In this document: positions 23,731 to 35,810 of the stretch, piece by piece | Numbering within the stretch: the first letter of the stretch is position 1 | Layout: every line of letters starts with the position of its first letter | From: Carpediemonas membranifera BICM | Taxonomy: Eukaryota; Protista; Fornicata | Length of the DNA: 64,000 nt | Direction of reading: 5' to 3' | Assembly: GCA_019828565.1 (NCBI GenBank) | Contig: JAHDYR010000007.1 | Location: 169,600-233,599 of the forward strand | Notes under the pieces: model-generated | What the model was told of the DNA's origin: nothing | Database searches by the model: none | The model's input: the letters and a program-made list of their open reading frames with translations, nothing else | Made by a program: the position numbers and the translations under genes

Positions 23731-26700
23731 GCGATGCTGAAGGAAGATCGCGTGGTCGCGTCGCGATCTAACTACATCCCTCACCAGAAGCAAGGCGTTT
23801 TCGACGAGCACATCCGCGAGCTTCTGGAAAAGCGCTATATTGAAGCCAGTTTCTCACCATACTCGTCACCTGCACTGCTTGTGCCCAAGGGCAAGGATAA
23901 GACGCGAATGGTCGTGGACTTCCGGAAGATTAATGATCTCACGGAACCATTTGACTACCCTATCCCTGAGATCAACACGTGCCTGACTCGTCTGGCAGGC
24001 GCGAAGGTGTTTGCGACCCTAGACCTTTCAAAAGGGTATCACCAAGTCGAGATGACGCCGTCCTCACGTCACTAGACCGCTTTCAGCACCCCACGTGGCA
24101 AGTTCCATTACACTGGCATGCCCTTTGGGCTTAAGAATGCCGGGGCGCACTTCCAGTATGCCATGGAGCGGGGTTTCCATGATCTCCTAGGTTCGGCATG
24201 CATTATCTACATAGACGATATCATCATTTTTGGTAGAACCGAACACGAGTATCTCATCAACCTGAGGAAGGTATTGAAGCGAGCAGACGAGCTTCGCCTT
24301 CTTTTGAACCGCGATAAGTCTCACTTTGGACTGGCGGAAGTCGAGTTCCTGGGCTGGGTGGTCTCCGGCTCAGGGTTTCGCATCTCACCTGATAGGATTC
24401 GGGACGTCGAAATGCTACGCCTGCCTAAGACGAGAAAGGCGGCGCAAGCTCTGATGGGCTTTCTCAATTTTATGCGGGACTTTGTCCCAGGCTTCTCTCG
24501 TGTTGTCCGCCCACTGTCTCAGGCGGCATGCGGGAAAGACAGCCCAGACGGCCCTGCGCAGTCTGTAGCTCTGGCAGAGGTCAAAGACCTCCTGTGCAAG
24601 GCACCCGCACTAGAACATTTTGATGTGGAGAAGTCTCATGTCGTCATGACCGACGCGTCGGACGCCGGATTCGGAGGCGTCCTTCTTCAGGATGGCCGAC
24701 CAGTATGCTACATGTCACACGCCTTTACAGATGTCCAGACTCGTTGGAGTACGATCGAACAGGAGGCATTCGCAATTGTCTCGGCACTTCAACGGTGGCG
24801 CCGATTCCTGGTGTGGAAACCATTCACGCTACTCACGGACCACCGGAACCTGACCTACATGTCGCGTTCATCGAACTCCAAGGTACAGAGGTGGTACGAG
24901 TCGATCGCTGATCTTCCTTTTACGATCAAGCATGTAGCCGGGGTCGACAATGGCGCGGCTGATGGCCTGAGCCGGGTATTTGCGGCGTCGTCCGACCCGA
25001 GAGCAGTCGCATCTGACAGGGATATCCTCGACGCTCACCTCCATGGTCAGGCCCACTTGCCGTTATATACAACAATCGAGTGGCTTCGGTCCCGTGGAGT
25101 CCGAGCTCCGGTTGACCGCGTTGCGAAGGTGATCGAACGGTGCCCAATTTGTCAGTTGACAGCAAAGCCACAAGAGACAACTCGCCCGTTCTTGCACACA
25201 GCAAGTGTCCGACCGTTTGAGAAGATCGCCATGGACACGATCGGCCCACTTCCAGAGTCCGGCGGGTTCAAGTTCATCCTCGTTATTATCGAAATGGCGT
25301 CAAGGTGGACAGAGCTCGTCCCGATACAGTCCACCCGCGCCGATGAAGCGGTGCGCGCTTTTACGGATCGATGGTTGCTGCGTTACGGCGCACCGCGGGT
25401 CCTGCAAACGGACGGCGGAAAGCAATTCACGAATAAGTTGTTCAAAGAGCTAGCCGTCAGGGTGGGGTTCACGACCCATGTGACAACACCCTATCATCCC
25501 CAGTCAAATGGGATTGTGGAAAGGGCGAATAGTCGGGTTGAGAGGATCTTGAGATCGCGCCAGTACGAGCTCAAGACTGAACACTGGCCCGAGTCCCTCC
25601 CTGTTGCGCAATACATCGTCAATTCGACACCACATTCGGCCACTCGCCTGACACCAGCCGAGATCATATTCGGCAGTGACCTGCGGGTGCCGGCCGATAT
25701 CTCCGTGGTTGACTGCCTCGATGAGAAGGCGGTGAGTCAGCCGTCCGACAACGTCGCGGCTGCAACAACTGCTAGGGAGCTGGCCGAGAGGAGGATACAG
25801 GCCATGCACGCGGATGCGCTGAGCAAGGTAACCCCTTCAACTCCTATATCTTCGGAGTACGTCTTGGTGAAGTACCCCAATGGAGCGCAGTCGAAGCTAG
25901 CGGCCGGTTGGCGCGGCCCGATGGAACTAGTACGACCGATCTGCCGAGAGGGCCTGGCCGTGGGCTATATCGTCAAGGACGTCAATACGTTTGCGGAATT
26001 CCAGGTCGCATCGGAGCGAGTTCGCCCATTCTTGGGGGAGTTATCTAGGCAGCGGGCCCAGGAGTTGGCTGCTATTACTGTCGCGGAATACGTGGTAGAG
26101 TCTATATACGAGTCGACCCACGAGAGACGGGTCAGGGATCGTCAGTTCCGCGTTCGGTGGCAAGGTTATGAACCGTCGGAAGACACGTGGGAACCGTACG
26201 AGAATGTTAAGGGTTGTGAGGCATTGGATATATTCCTGGGAAGGGCCAAGTAAATGGCGCCCAGAGGTAGTCACAATCATTTATTCAATGGAACCAACAC
26301 TATCACGGAGCGGAATGATGACGCCGTCATGATGCCAGTTCGGACGAACACGACGCCACAAATTATGATCGTTGAAATAGAGGGTAACAGGTACGGTGTT
26401 ACAAAGATCCTTTGTTAGGAAGGTCAGCGACGGCAACGGGTAGCCAGAGAACTGGATGAGTAGGACGAATGACTCCCGCAGATGGTTACTCGAATAGAGT
26501 TCGAAATGTTCTAGGACGTCCACCACACCATAGGTGGCTGAGGTGTCAGTCAGTTGGAGCGTGAATAGATCGCTATCGATGGAGAACTCCATGGCCGGAA
26601 GCTGCTTCAGCCGAACGCAGGTCCAGTATGCCCGGACAAAATTACGGGATTGCGTGGCAGTGAGACGCGAGGTACCGCGATTTTCAGCTGCCATGACAAC

Positions 26701-28531
26701 GAAGAAGAGAGCGGGGTGCTGGCCGGCCATGACCACCCGCTTGAGGAGGTCAATAACGTCCTCGCGCGTGACAGTAGCGTTCGGCGTACGCGCACGCCGG
26801 AGGGTCTGGAGTGCAGACTCTGCCGCGCCGACGTGGTCCGAAGAGAACCGATCGGCCGTCCCACCCTCGACCAGAGCACGCGCGACCGCGCGAGCGCCGG
26901 TAACATTAGCCAGGGAGCGTTGCAGGGCACATCCAATGGCGGTTACCTCGGCAAAGCGACGAAGAAGGTCAGCAGATACGTAGGCGGCAGTGACCTCGGT
27001 CATGGCGCTGTCAAAGAGCTGATTAGTGTGAACACGGTCTAACAGAGCCGTGAAGTTAACCTCCAAACAGTTGGAGAACCGGGCTGTGCAGATGTCATCG
27101 AAGGTGGCCCGGAACGTGGCAATCTGCCGCTGGTCTCGCTCTGTGAGGCCATCCGCGGGCTCCTCGGGCTCGGTCACGGTCACGATAGACCGGGGTACGT
27201 CTACCTGGGCGCGAGCACGCGTCATGCGTTGGAACGGGCGCACGGGGAACTGAACGACCCGCTCGGTGAAAGCTTGGCCGGATTCACTGGTGCGGGTGAT
27301 GGTGATGTGGCGTTCCTCCGGGTGACAGTCGGTAATAGGCCGTCCGGAGCGGCGGGGCGCGATGGTAACAGCGCTGGGGGCCGAAGAGTTGTTGTGTGGC
27401 TGTGAGGTGTCATGAGAGCTCTCGTCATCGCAATTAACTTCGCCTTCCCCCTCAGATTCGCTCGACGAGTTACCATCAGCGCACAACTGAACGTGTTTCC
27501 TCTTAAGTGCATGGAGATCAGAGAAAAGTGCGCCAAATGGATTAGTCTCTAAGTAGTGGTCGATAGCAACAAGAATTTCTTGTTCGGCTCTTGCCATACG
27601 GCCGTTCGGAATCTAGGACGCGTCCTAGATTTGATTTACATGTATACATGGGTTACATAAAAATTAGATTAGCTATTCCCCGCGCCAATCGGCGATGCCG
27701 AGCACGCTTGCATAGCCATTTTGGGCTAGAATTCAGCCGATCGCGCAATTTCTGCCTCATCTTTCGCCGAGACGAGATTTCTATTAGTTGGGACCGGGAA
27801 CTCCACAAAGAGGCGAGAACAAGTAACATTTATCTTTGGAACTCGGTTTTGATGTTGTTTACCGACGTTGAATGCCCTTGTAACTGATGGACAAGGAGAT
27901 GCGGCGAAGAAAACGGAAATTTGGCCGTATCTCGCCAATGAGGCCGAATTGAGGCCAATGAACCTCATTTTCGAGGACTATGTAAGAACAGATGGAATCA
28001 GGGCACGAACTGCCAAGTATTCCGAAACAAGCCGAAGGCAGGACATAACCTGCACGGTTTGATGTGATCAGATAGAGCAATGGTATGTATCGACTATTAG
28101 GAGGGGTAGGATCCCCAGGTAAGATACCCATAACACAGCGCGCTTATCCAGTGGTACCACGTCCGATATTTCCGAATCTTTCATATCTGCAGATAATCTT
28201 TTTAGAATCTCGATGTGGCTGGACACCACACCGGGCGATGGCTTAGGACACGTTGTTGTCAGCCACACCAACGGTTTATTCTCCGGTGAACACGCAAATC
28301 CCGTGTACACTACGGTCTGGCTCCTGAATTGAATTCAGTTGCTGCCCCCGGATCTTTGGCTTTTCCCCAAGGATCAACGGTTGAATGATTTATCTCCTGG
28401 GCTATTCCCCCAGGACTCAGTCAATATGGTATCCCCACTCATGATGCTCATAATGGAGCATGGGGGGGAAGTGTCGGCCATATATATTATTTGGCCACAT
28501 TTAATAGGGTCTTTATTGGTCCATCTCGACA
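23731..28531 (+). mobile_element. 5'-truncated chromo-Gypsy element: pol, antisense ORF, PPT and candidate short 3' LTR
   Basis: RT-RH-IN-chromo over 23731..26253 with an in-frame TAG at 24073-24075; PPT GGGGGGGAAG at 28462-28471 followed by TGTCG...CGACA (28472-28531). The right boundary is tentative. Confidence 0.75.
26281..27597 (-). CDS. Antisense ORF inside the Gypsy element with C-terminal chromo-like domain
   Basis: 438-aa ORF converging 27 bp from the pol stop; TYGVVDVLEH..LLIQFSGY. Confidence 0.7.
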   Translation of the reverse strand: MARAEQEILVAIDHYLETNPFGALFSDLHALKRKHVQLCADGNSSSESEGEGEVNCDDESSHDTSQPHNNSSAPSAVTIAPRRSGRPITDCHPEERHITITRTSESGQAFTERVVQFPVRPFQRMTRARAQVDVPRSIVTVTEPEEPADGLTERDQRQIATFRATFDDICTARFSNCLEVNFTALLDRVHTNQLFDSAMTEVTAAYVSADLLRRFAEVTAIGCALQRSLANVTGARAVARALVEGGTADRFSSDHVGAAESALQTLRRARTPNATVTREDVIDLLKRVVMAGQHPALFFVVMAAENRGTSRLTATQSRNFVRAYWTCVRLKQLPAMEFSIDSDLFTLQLTDTSATYGVVDVLEHFELYSSNHLRESFVLLIQFSGYPLPSLTFLTKDLCNTVPVTLYFNDHNLWRRVRPNWHHDGVIIPLRDSVGSIE

Positions 28532-28619
28532 CTTTGAGTGTCGAGCTTTAGTCTTGTAAACCTTTTGTCCTAAGACAGACCACAGGGCCTGTAGTTCTTC
28601 AGCTACTGGTTTTTCCTCT

Positions 28620-29560
28620 TCAATCAGGTCTTCCTGTATCTCCCAGCGGTACGCCGCTCGTCCGAGCAGGGGGGCATCAGAACGCTCCATCGACAATCCA
28701 TCTGCTTCTGTGCCTCTCCACAGCGGGCCCTCTCCGCTGACGTGTGCCAGGTGTGAAATGAGCCACCTGGTCGGACAGCAGTCGCCACCTGTCTTAGGTA
28801 CCATCTTGGCCACGTTCACGCGGGTCTTAGTTGCCTTAAACCTTACCACCAGATACTCATCGAGCCTGAAAACATCCTCACGTCTCAGCTGTAGGACCTC
28901 GCCGAGCCGGGAGACCGTACTGAAGGTCAGTAAGCAAAGCGCCACCGCTTGTGTAAGGTGCGGGGTCCTCCTACAGCCACTGAACGAGCCCACCCCGGCC
29001 TGGATCTGGGCCCACGTGATGGGGAGTGCCCGGCCCCTCCTCCGGTCCATTGCCTCCTTAGACATGTCGGCTGCCTTACAGATCGCTTTCAGGACATTAT
29101 CGTCCTCCGAGCTCGGCGCCCGAGGCGTGCCAATCGCGCTCAGTCCGCGCATGATCATCCTAAATTTCTCTCTCAGCCGGGGGCCTCCAGCAAACTGCGA
29201 CTCCGTCATTATATAGTTCCAGAGGTAATCTCTGTGGAGGCTAACAATGTCCCAAATCTCTCTCATCTCCCCCGGTAGTTGCGGGCGTTCCACTGGTCCC
29301 GCCTTGAAAGACAAGAAGGCTGTTGTCTCTGCAATCATGTCATCCTTGCTCCTCTTACTTAGCTTCAGTGTCGAGAGGTTCGTCCTTATGCGTCTCTCCA
29401 CCTCGGTATCTGCCTCGGGATCTGCCCATCGTTGGATGGTGTTCCGACGAGGGATGTCCTTGGTTTGACATCAGGCAGTGCCATTAGGGCGTGTAGGACG
29501 GGGTTGCGGTCTGTAGTGGAGCGACTGGGACTCACGCGTGGCCATACATGATCGAACTAG
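28620..29560 (-). mobile_element. DIRS-like YR fragment
   Basis: GRALPITWAQI, TVSRLGEV, KATKT; similarity to its paralog stops at WEIQEDL, before HxxR. Confidence 0.85.
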
Positions 29561-29709
29561 GCGTAAGTCATCAATTAATGTGAGTGAATCGATATCTTGC
29601 CAGTATCATGTTGATACATAAACTGCACGATAATCTTTTGATGGGTCTTGGACCACTACAGCGTCCTGCTTTGCTCCAAGCCACTCGAAGGGCCATATCT
29701 CTCTTTGAA

Positions 29710-32700
29710 TAGATGAGGCGATGTGAGACCATTGAATTGGCAGTGCTCTCCCCTGTCTCCTCTCTAGAGCACCGTCTGTCGTGCTCGCCGCCTTGGCTAT
29801 TGCCTTGATAATGTCCGGGTCCTCTGGCTTCTCTGTCCTCATCTGCCCAACCGCTGCCAGGCCCTTCATAATCCTGGTGAACTTGGTAGATATCCTTGCG
29901 CCCGAGCAGAACTGGGCTTCGCTCATCATGTAGTTCCATAAGTGGTCCCAGTGAATGCTTATCACCTGCCATAGTCTGTCTAGGTCCCCGGGGAGGCTCG
30001 GTATCTCTCTTGCCCCGTTGCTATAGGCGAGGAAAGCCGTTGTTTCGGTAGCGATGTCTCGTCTGACACTAGCTGAGAATCTCACCAGCTCTAACGACCT
30101 GTTCACTCTATCCGAGACGACACGGTCGACCACGATTCCTCTGTTTCTTCTCGAGGGTCTCAGTGCCTCCGAGATTCTTGGTACCATAACCCCGGCAGCT
30201 CTTAGGTCGGTATCCAGAAGACTATGACCTGCACGCGTTGTCTCATGCCTGACAGCGACACCCACTCCTGCGGGGCTCGATCTCTGTCGGTCTTGATCCG
30301 AAAAGAGGCTTGTGCAATCTCTGATAGTGTCTGCCTGTGGTTGTTGAGTAGGTCTATTGTCACCAGCACCACACCCGAGGACTGCAGGGTTGGGTGCCTC
30401 TGGGTCTGCTGGGCCATACTGGCTAATCTCTGGGTGTAAGGGCCGAGCAGGCGGTACTTGGGGCACAGGAGTACCCGGGTTCCCTGCCATGGCGTGGTTA
30501 GGGCCTCTGCTTGCTGCTGGGACCTGTCTACGTCGACCGCGCCCCATCTCTTGGTGGCCTCCAGGAGTACCTCCTCCGTTGGGATGTAGTGCTGGAGGGC
30601 GAAGCTGTCCGGTCTGGATGCCCTGTCCGCTTGCCAGTTGAGGGGACCTGGCAGGTAACGGACGACTAACTTGTGGCCTCGGCTCTCTAGCCAGTCGGCG
30701 AAAGACCTTGCCCTTGCTCTGACAAGTTTCGGGGCCCGCGTCCCCGACTTCGCTACCCACTTGCGTGCTGCGATGTTGTCCGTTGTCAGCAGGATCACCG
30801 ATGATGCGTCGTGTGCCAGGGTGTGCTGGATGGCCTCCATGGCCGCCAGCGACTCTAGGGCTGTGATGTGTAGGAGTCTTTCTTCTGTTGACCATCTTCT
30901 TGACCAGGTGATGCTTAGGCCTCCTTTGAAGACTATCGCCCCTGCTGCTTCGTGTGAAGCGTCTGTCTCCACTCTGACTGAGCAGTTCTTGTTGATGCTG
31001 ATCGGGGATGCCATCGGCCTGGTTAGCTTCTCGCTCCACCACTGAAGGTCTAGTAGAGCTTCCTTGCTCAGCTCTGTCCTCTTGCGGCGTGTTCTTGCTC
31101 TTCCTGGGGTCGCGAGAGCCTTCAGAGCGATGGAAAGTTCTCGAACTCGGACGAGAGCTATTGGTCCGCAGCATATTCTGGTAAACGTTAAGCGCCCTAC
31201 TAGCTTCGATAGATCCGCTAGATGGAACCTCCTCTGTAAAAGAAGTTCGTCTACTTGATGTTTGTATTTCATCCGCTTCTCTTCCGTCAGTTTGATGACC
31301 ATTTCTTCGGAATCTACGATAGCTCCGAGATACTCCACCTGTTTTGCTGGTTTCCATGTGGTTTTCTTGCAATTGAGCACAATTCCCAGCGATGATGCCA
31401 AATTGACCCAGTCCGGGAGTTGCCTCGAAAATTTTTCGGGATCCTGGTCCATAATGATCCAATCGTCCAGATAAACGCAGATGCGTAGGTCCAGCTGCTT
31501 TGCTATGAACTTCGCTGCGTGTTTCGAAATCGATTGAAAAATCTTCGGGGCCGTTGCGAGCCCAAAAGGAAGGGCGCAGAAGACAAAGAACTCTCCTTCG
31601 AACTCGAAACCCGCTCTGGATGTGCTCTCTTCATCGAGAAGCAGCTGGTAATATCCCTTTGACATGTCCATCGTTATCATATAGTCGCCGGGCAAGACAG
31701 TCTCCCGAACCTCTTCTAGGCCCCTCATAGAGAACTTGCTGATAACAAGGCTCTTATTGACCTCTCTAAGGTCGTGGATGAGCCTGTAATTGACGCCGTC
31801 CGACTTAAGCAGCGGGAAGATGGGGCTCACCACCTCTGGTCTCTCCACAACCTTTCTAATGGCTCCGATGGCCAGAAGCTCCTTGAGCTCCTCTCTTAGG
31901 TGTTCAGAGCACCTTGACACGCCCTCTACGGGCTGAGACACCTCATCTGCGTCGATCTTAACGCCCTTAAAAGCAGCAATGACCTCTGCGGGGGGATTTG
32001 TCTTCATCCAAACGTCCGCTTGTCTTGAGATTGAGCCCACGACGGGCTGAGCGTTGAGCTCTATCGCTTTTGCTAACTGGGGCCCCCAGTTCAGTGCGGA
32101 AAGCATCTCACCTAAATCTGCTGGCTAGTGTAATGAGGAAAACAAACAAACATGGCTTAGCGCTTTATCTGGGGATGTTTCTTCCAGCAGCGCTCCTCCG
32201 GGTGACCCGTCTTACCACAGTAGTTGCACTTGGGTCTAAGTTGGCCCATCCGCTTAGGTCCACGTGTCCCGGCGCCAAGTGAGTCTCTAGCAGCCTTCAT
32301 CGCAGCCCGCATGAGCTCTCTTCTTGTAGTAGCGTCTTCAGCTTCCACCAGGAAGTTTCGAGCGGTTCCTTCGTCGTACGTATCCACGACGCGGAGATAT
32401 TCGAGGCGCTTCTCGACTAGGCCGCGCACAACGGCGACAATATCGTCGAATGAGGCTTCGTCAGGGAGCTCAGAAATTCTCTTGCGGTAATCGGTGAAGA
32501 AATCAATCCACGCCGTGAATTCCTTCTTCACGCTTTCGAGATTCTTCGGTGCGCGCTCCTCGAGGTGCTCGTCCTCCTCGATTCCCTCCATGCGAGCGCG
32601 AATGGCCCTGTTCTCCTCTACTGTCTCCTCCAACAGTTTCTTGAGCTCGGCAAACTGCTCCTCGGTGGGCATCGGGATCTGTACTGCTTCTGGCCTTGAT

Positions 32701-32880
32701 CTCGTCAAGACCAATTTAGACCCAACCGGATCTAGGGGATCCCTGAGGTCGGGGAGGCTCCAGGACCTCCCCGGCCGCTGCCGGCACACACAGGCCCCAT
32801 CGGGCCCGAGTGAGGGGGTTGCCGTCCCGGACACCGGACCACGCATGTCCGAGTAGCTGGCTCTGGCCATACCAGCAACG
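29710..32880 (-). mobile_element. DIRS-like element C: gag 32157..32672, RT-RH 30202..32106, YR 3'-truncated
   Basis: Gag CNYCGKTGHPEERC; YLDD, ETDAS, ADRASR; overlapping YR ORF breaks after GRALPIQW. Confidence 0.88.
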
Positions 32881-35743
32881 TGTTGCACACGACTACAACT
32901 GTTCTACCTTTAACAACCCCCAGAAGATGTTTCATCCCATCGCCACGCCAACGACTGTTCCCTAATCGATCGTCAGGTCCACTACAGCCGGTGACAGTCT
33001 GAGGGCTTCTTCACAATATGCAAGTACGCTCTCCTGGGAAGCCCAGGTGCCAAGCGCCTGTATAACCGTTACTGGTATCCCCTTCTTCATCATGGCAACC
33101 ACTGCTCCTCGTCTGAAGGAGTGGAGTGTCACTGGCACATGAAGCAACTCCGTAAGGTCCTCCTGGACCTCCCATCTTAGTATCGCTCTCTCCAAGAGTC
33201 TTCCGCCTGCTAGTTACATCGTGACTCCAGCCAGCGGAGCGCCTCTCCACAGGGGTCCGTCTCTCACGTTACTCAGGTGCCGCAGCAACCAGGCTGTTGG
33301 ACAGTGCTCCTCCCGTCGACTCTGTGGTACCATCTTGAGGACGTTCTGCCGCGTCTTTGTTCTCTCCAGTCGAATGATTAGGTGACCACCCTCCCATGTG
33401 ATGTCGCTCCGTCTCAGAGCCAAGATCTCACCCATTCGGGAAACCGTCGAGAATGTCAGGGTCGCTAGGGCAATGGCCTGTGTCAACTGTGGCGTCTGCT
33501 CTCCGTCATATCGATCTATGGCATGGCATATCTGCGCCCACGAGATGGGGAGGGCACGGCCAGTCCTTCTTAGCTGCGACTCGAGCGACGCTGATGCCTC
33601 CTTGGCGATCGCCTTGATGACCTTGCTGTCATAAGGGTTCTCTCGTCTAGGGGAGCCGAGGGCTCTCAGGCCTATGGTGATGCGGGAGAACTTGGTGGTC
33701 AGTCTTCCGCCGCTCATCTCGAGCGCTTTATGGGTCATGTAGTCCCAAATGGGGTCACCTACAGCTCGGATGGCCTGTCTAATCTTCTCCAGTCCCGCCG
33801 GGAGGGTGACCTCCTCTCGTGGCTCCGTTGCCCACTTTCTGAAAGCAAAGGTCTCGCGTATGATGTCCTCCTTGGTCGTCTGTGCCTTCCCTATCAGCTC
33901 CAGGGACGGTTCTATGCGAGTTCGGAACTCTGCTGGGATGACTAGGTTCCGGTTGGGTCGTCTCTGCACTCGCGGTTGTCCGGTTCGTCTGACCAGGCCC
34001 GCGTCCCTGAAGTTGCGATCCAAAAACACGTGACGCTCATCGACTCTCTCGGACCAAGGATCTTCTCCATGGGACTCCCCAAGCACTGAGTCCTGCTGAT
34101 CTTGTAGGATCTTCGCCGCTGCGACATAGCCGTCAACGTCACATAGTAGTTGGCTTTGACCTGCGGGACTATGATCCAGACCCCCTCCGTCTGCAGAGCT
34201 GGTGGTACTGTTGAGGATCGAGCTATCGTGGCAAGCCGCTGCACTGCCTGGTCTATCTGCTTCATCTGGGGCATCAACAGGAAGCGCCCAGCTGTCCAGT
34301 CTCTCGCTATCGTCTCCGTCCAGGGGGAGTCCGTCAGGACCGCCTCCACCGTGCCCCACCGGGCTGCTGTCTCCAACAGGACTGAGTCTGGTGCCATCCA
34401 GGGAGCAAACGATCCAGTGCTCCGGCGTGACAGATAGTCTGCATTCCAGTTCGTGCTGCCCTTCGAGTAGAATGTCCTCAGCGTCGCTCGTGCTCGTGTA
34501 AGACGAAGCCAGAGGGCTCTCACCTCCTGTCTGACCTCCTTCGGGGCTCTTGTTGAGCTGACCTGCACCCAGGCCTTCGCTGCTGATGTGTCTGTCACGA
34601 GCCATATGCTCCGTGCTCCCGCCTGCAGTGCTGCCTTGACCCCGCGCACTCCCATGAGTGTCTCCTTGGCGGTGATGTGTAGGTGGCGCGGAAGGGATGC
34701 TTCTATCTGGTGTGTGCCTGTCGCCGTGAAGATTACGGCCCCTCCGGCTGAGTCTGATGCGTCTGACTCCACTCTCGCGTCGAAGTTCGGTATTGTCATG
34801 GGGCTCTCGCATCTCGTCTTGAGTTTTGTCTCCCACCACGCTAGATCCGCTCTGGTGGCGCTGTTGAGGGTCTCTCGTCCGAACCTGAAGTCCTTCCTCC
34901 TCGATAGGGCTGAACTCAAAATCATCAGCTCCCGCAGCATGACGAGCGCGGCATCTCCGATGGCGAATCTGGTGAAATTCAGCTTCCCGATAAGCTTCTG
35001 AAGGTCCTTCTTGATAAAGCGCTTGGCTCTCATGAGTTGTTGCACTTCTTGCAGATACTTGTCCCGTTTGTCGTCGGGGAGCACGAAGGTCATGGATTGT
35101 GAGTTCAACATCATTCCGAGGTACTTCACTTGCTTTGATGGCGTCCATATTGACTTGTCCTGGTTCACAGCGATGCCGAAGTTTGTGAGCATCGACAAAA
35201 ACTGCGGAAGAATGCTCTCAAGGTATCTCTGCGAATTGTGCGCTATCAGCCAGTCGTCTAGATAGACGACTATCCTTAGCTGCAGGGACTCCGCAATAAA
35301 TCTAGCGGCATGCTTCGAGACCTGTTGGAAAGTCCGTGGGGCTGTGGAAAGCCCAAAGGGTAGGACCTTGAACTGGAAGAATCTCCCGTCAAGCTCGAAG
35401 CCGGCCCAGTTCTTGGCCTCCTCCTCTAGTAGGAGTTGGTAGTACCCTTTGCGAAAATCCATCGCTATCATCGAGTCGCCAGGTAGTATTGTCTTCGCGA
35501 CCTCTCCGAGGCCCTCCATTCTGAACTTCCTTGCCTCTAGGTAGGAATTGATGCTCCTTAAGTCGTGTATGAGCCTCCATGAGACCTTGTCTGACTTAAT
35601 GATGGTGAAAATGGGACAAATCCCGCTTGGTTTGGATGCTACCTCTTCTACTGCTCCGAGTTCGATCAATTTGCTGACTTCTTCGTGTAATCTGGCTTGT
35701 GCCTGTGCACTGTGCTGGGAGTATTCATGAACCTCCTTCTCTG

Positions 35744-35810
35744 TGTTGCAGCAGGAAACACAGAGAGTGATTTAATTGATCCGGGGTAAATCAGTCATCA
35801 ATTGATTACA
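35744..35810 (-). repeat. 3' LTR, 67 bp
   Basis: Identical to 39960-40026. Confidence 0.95.
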
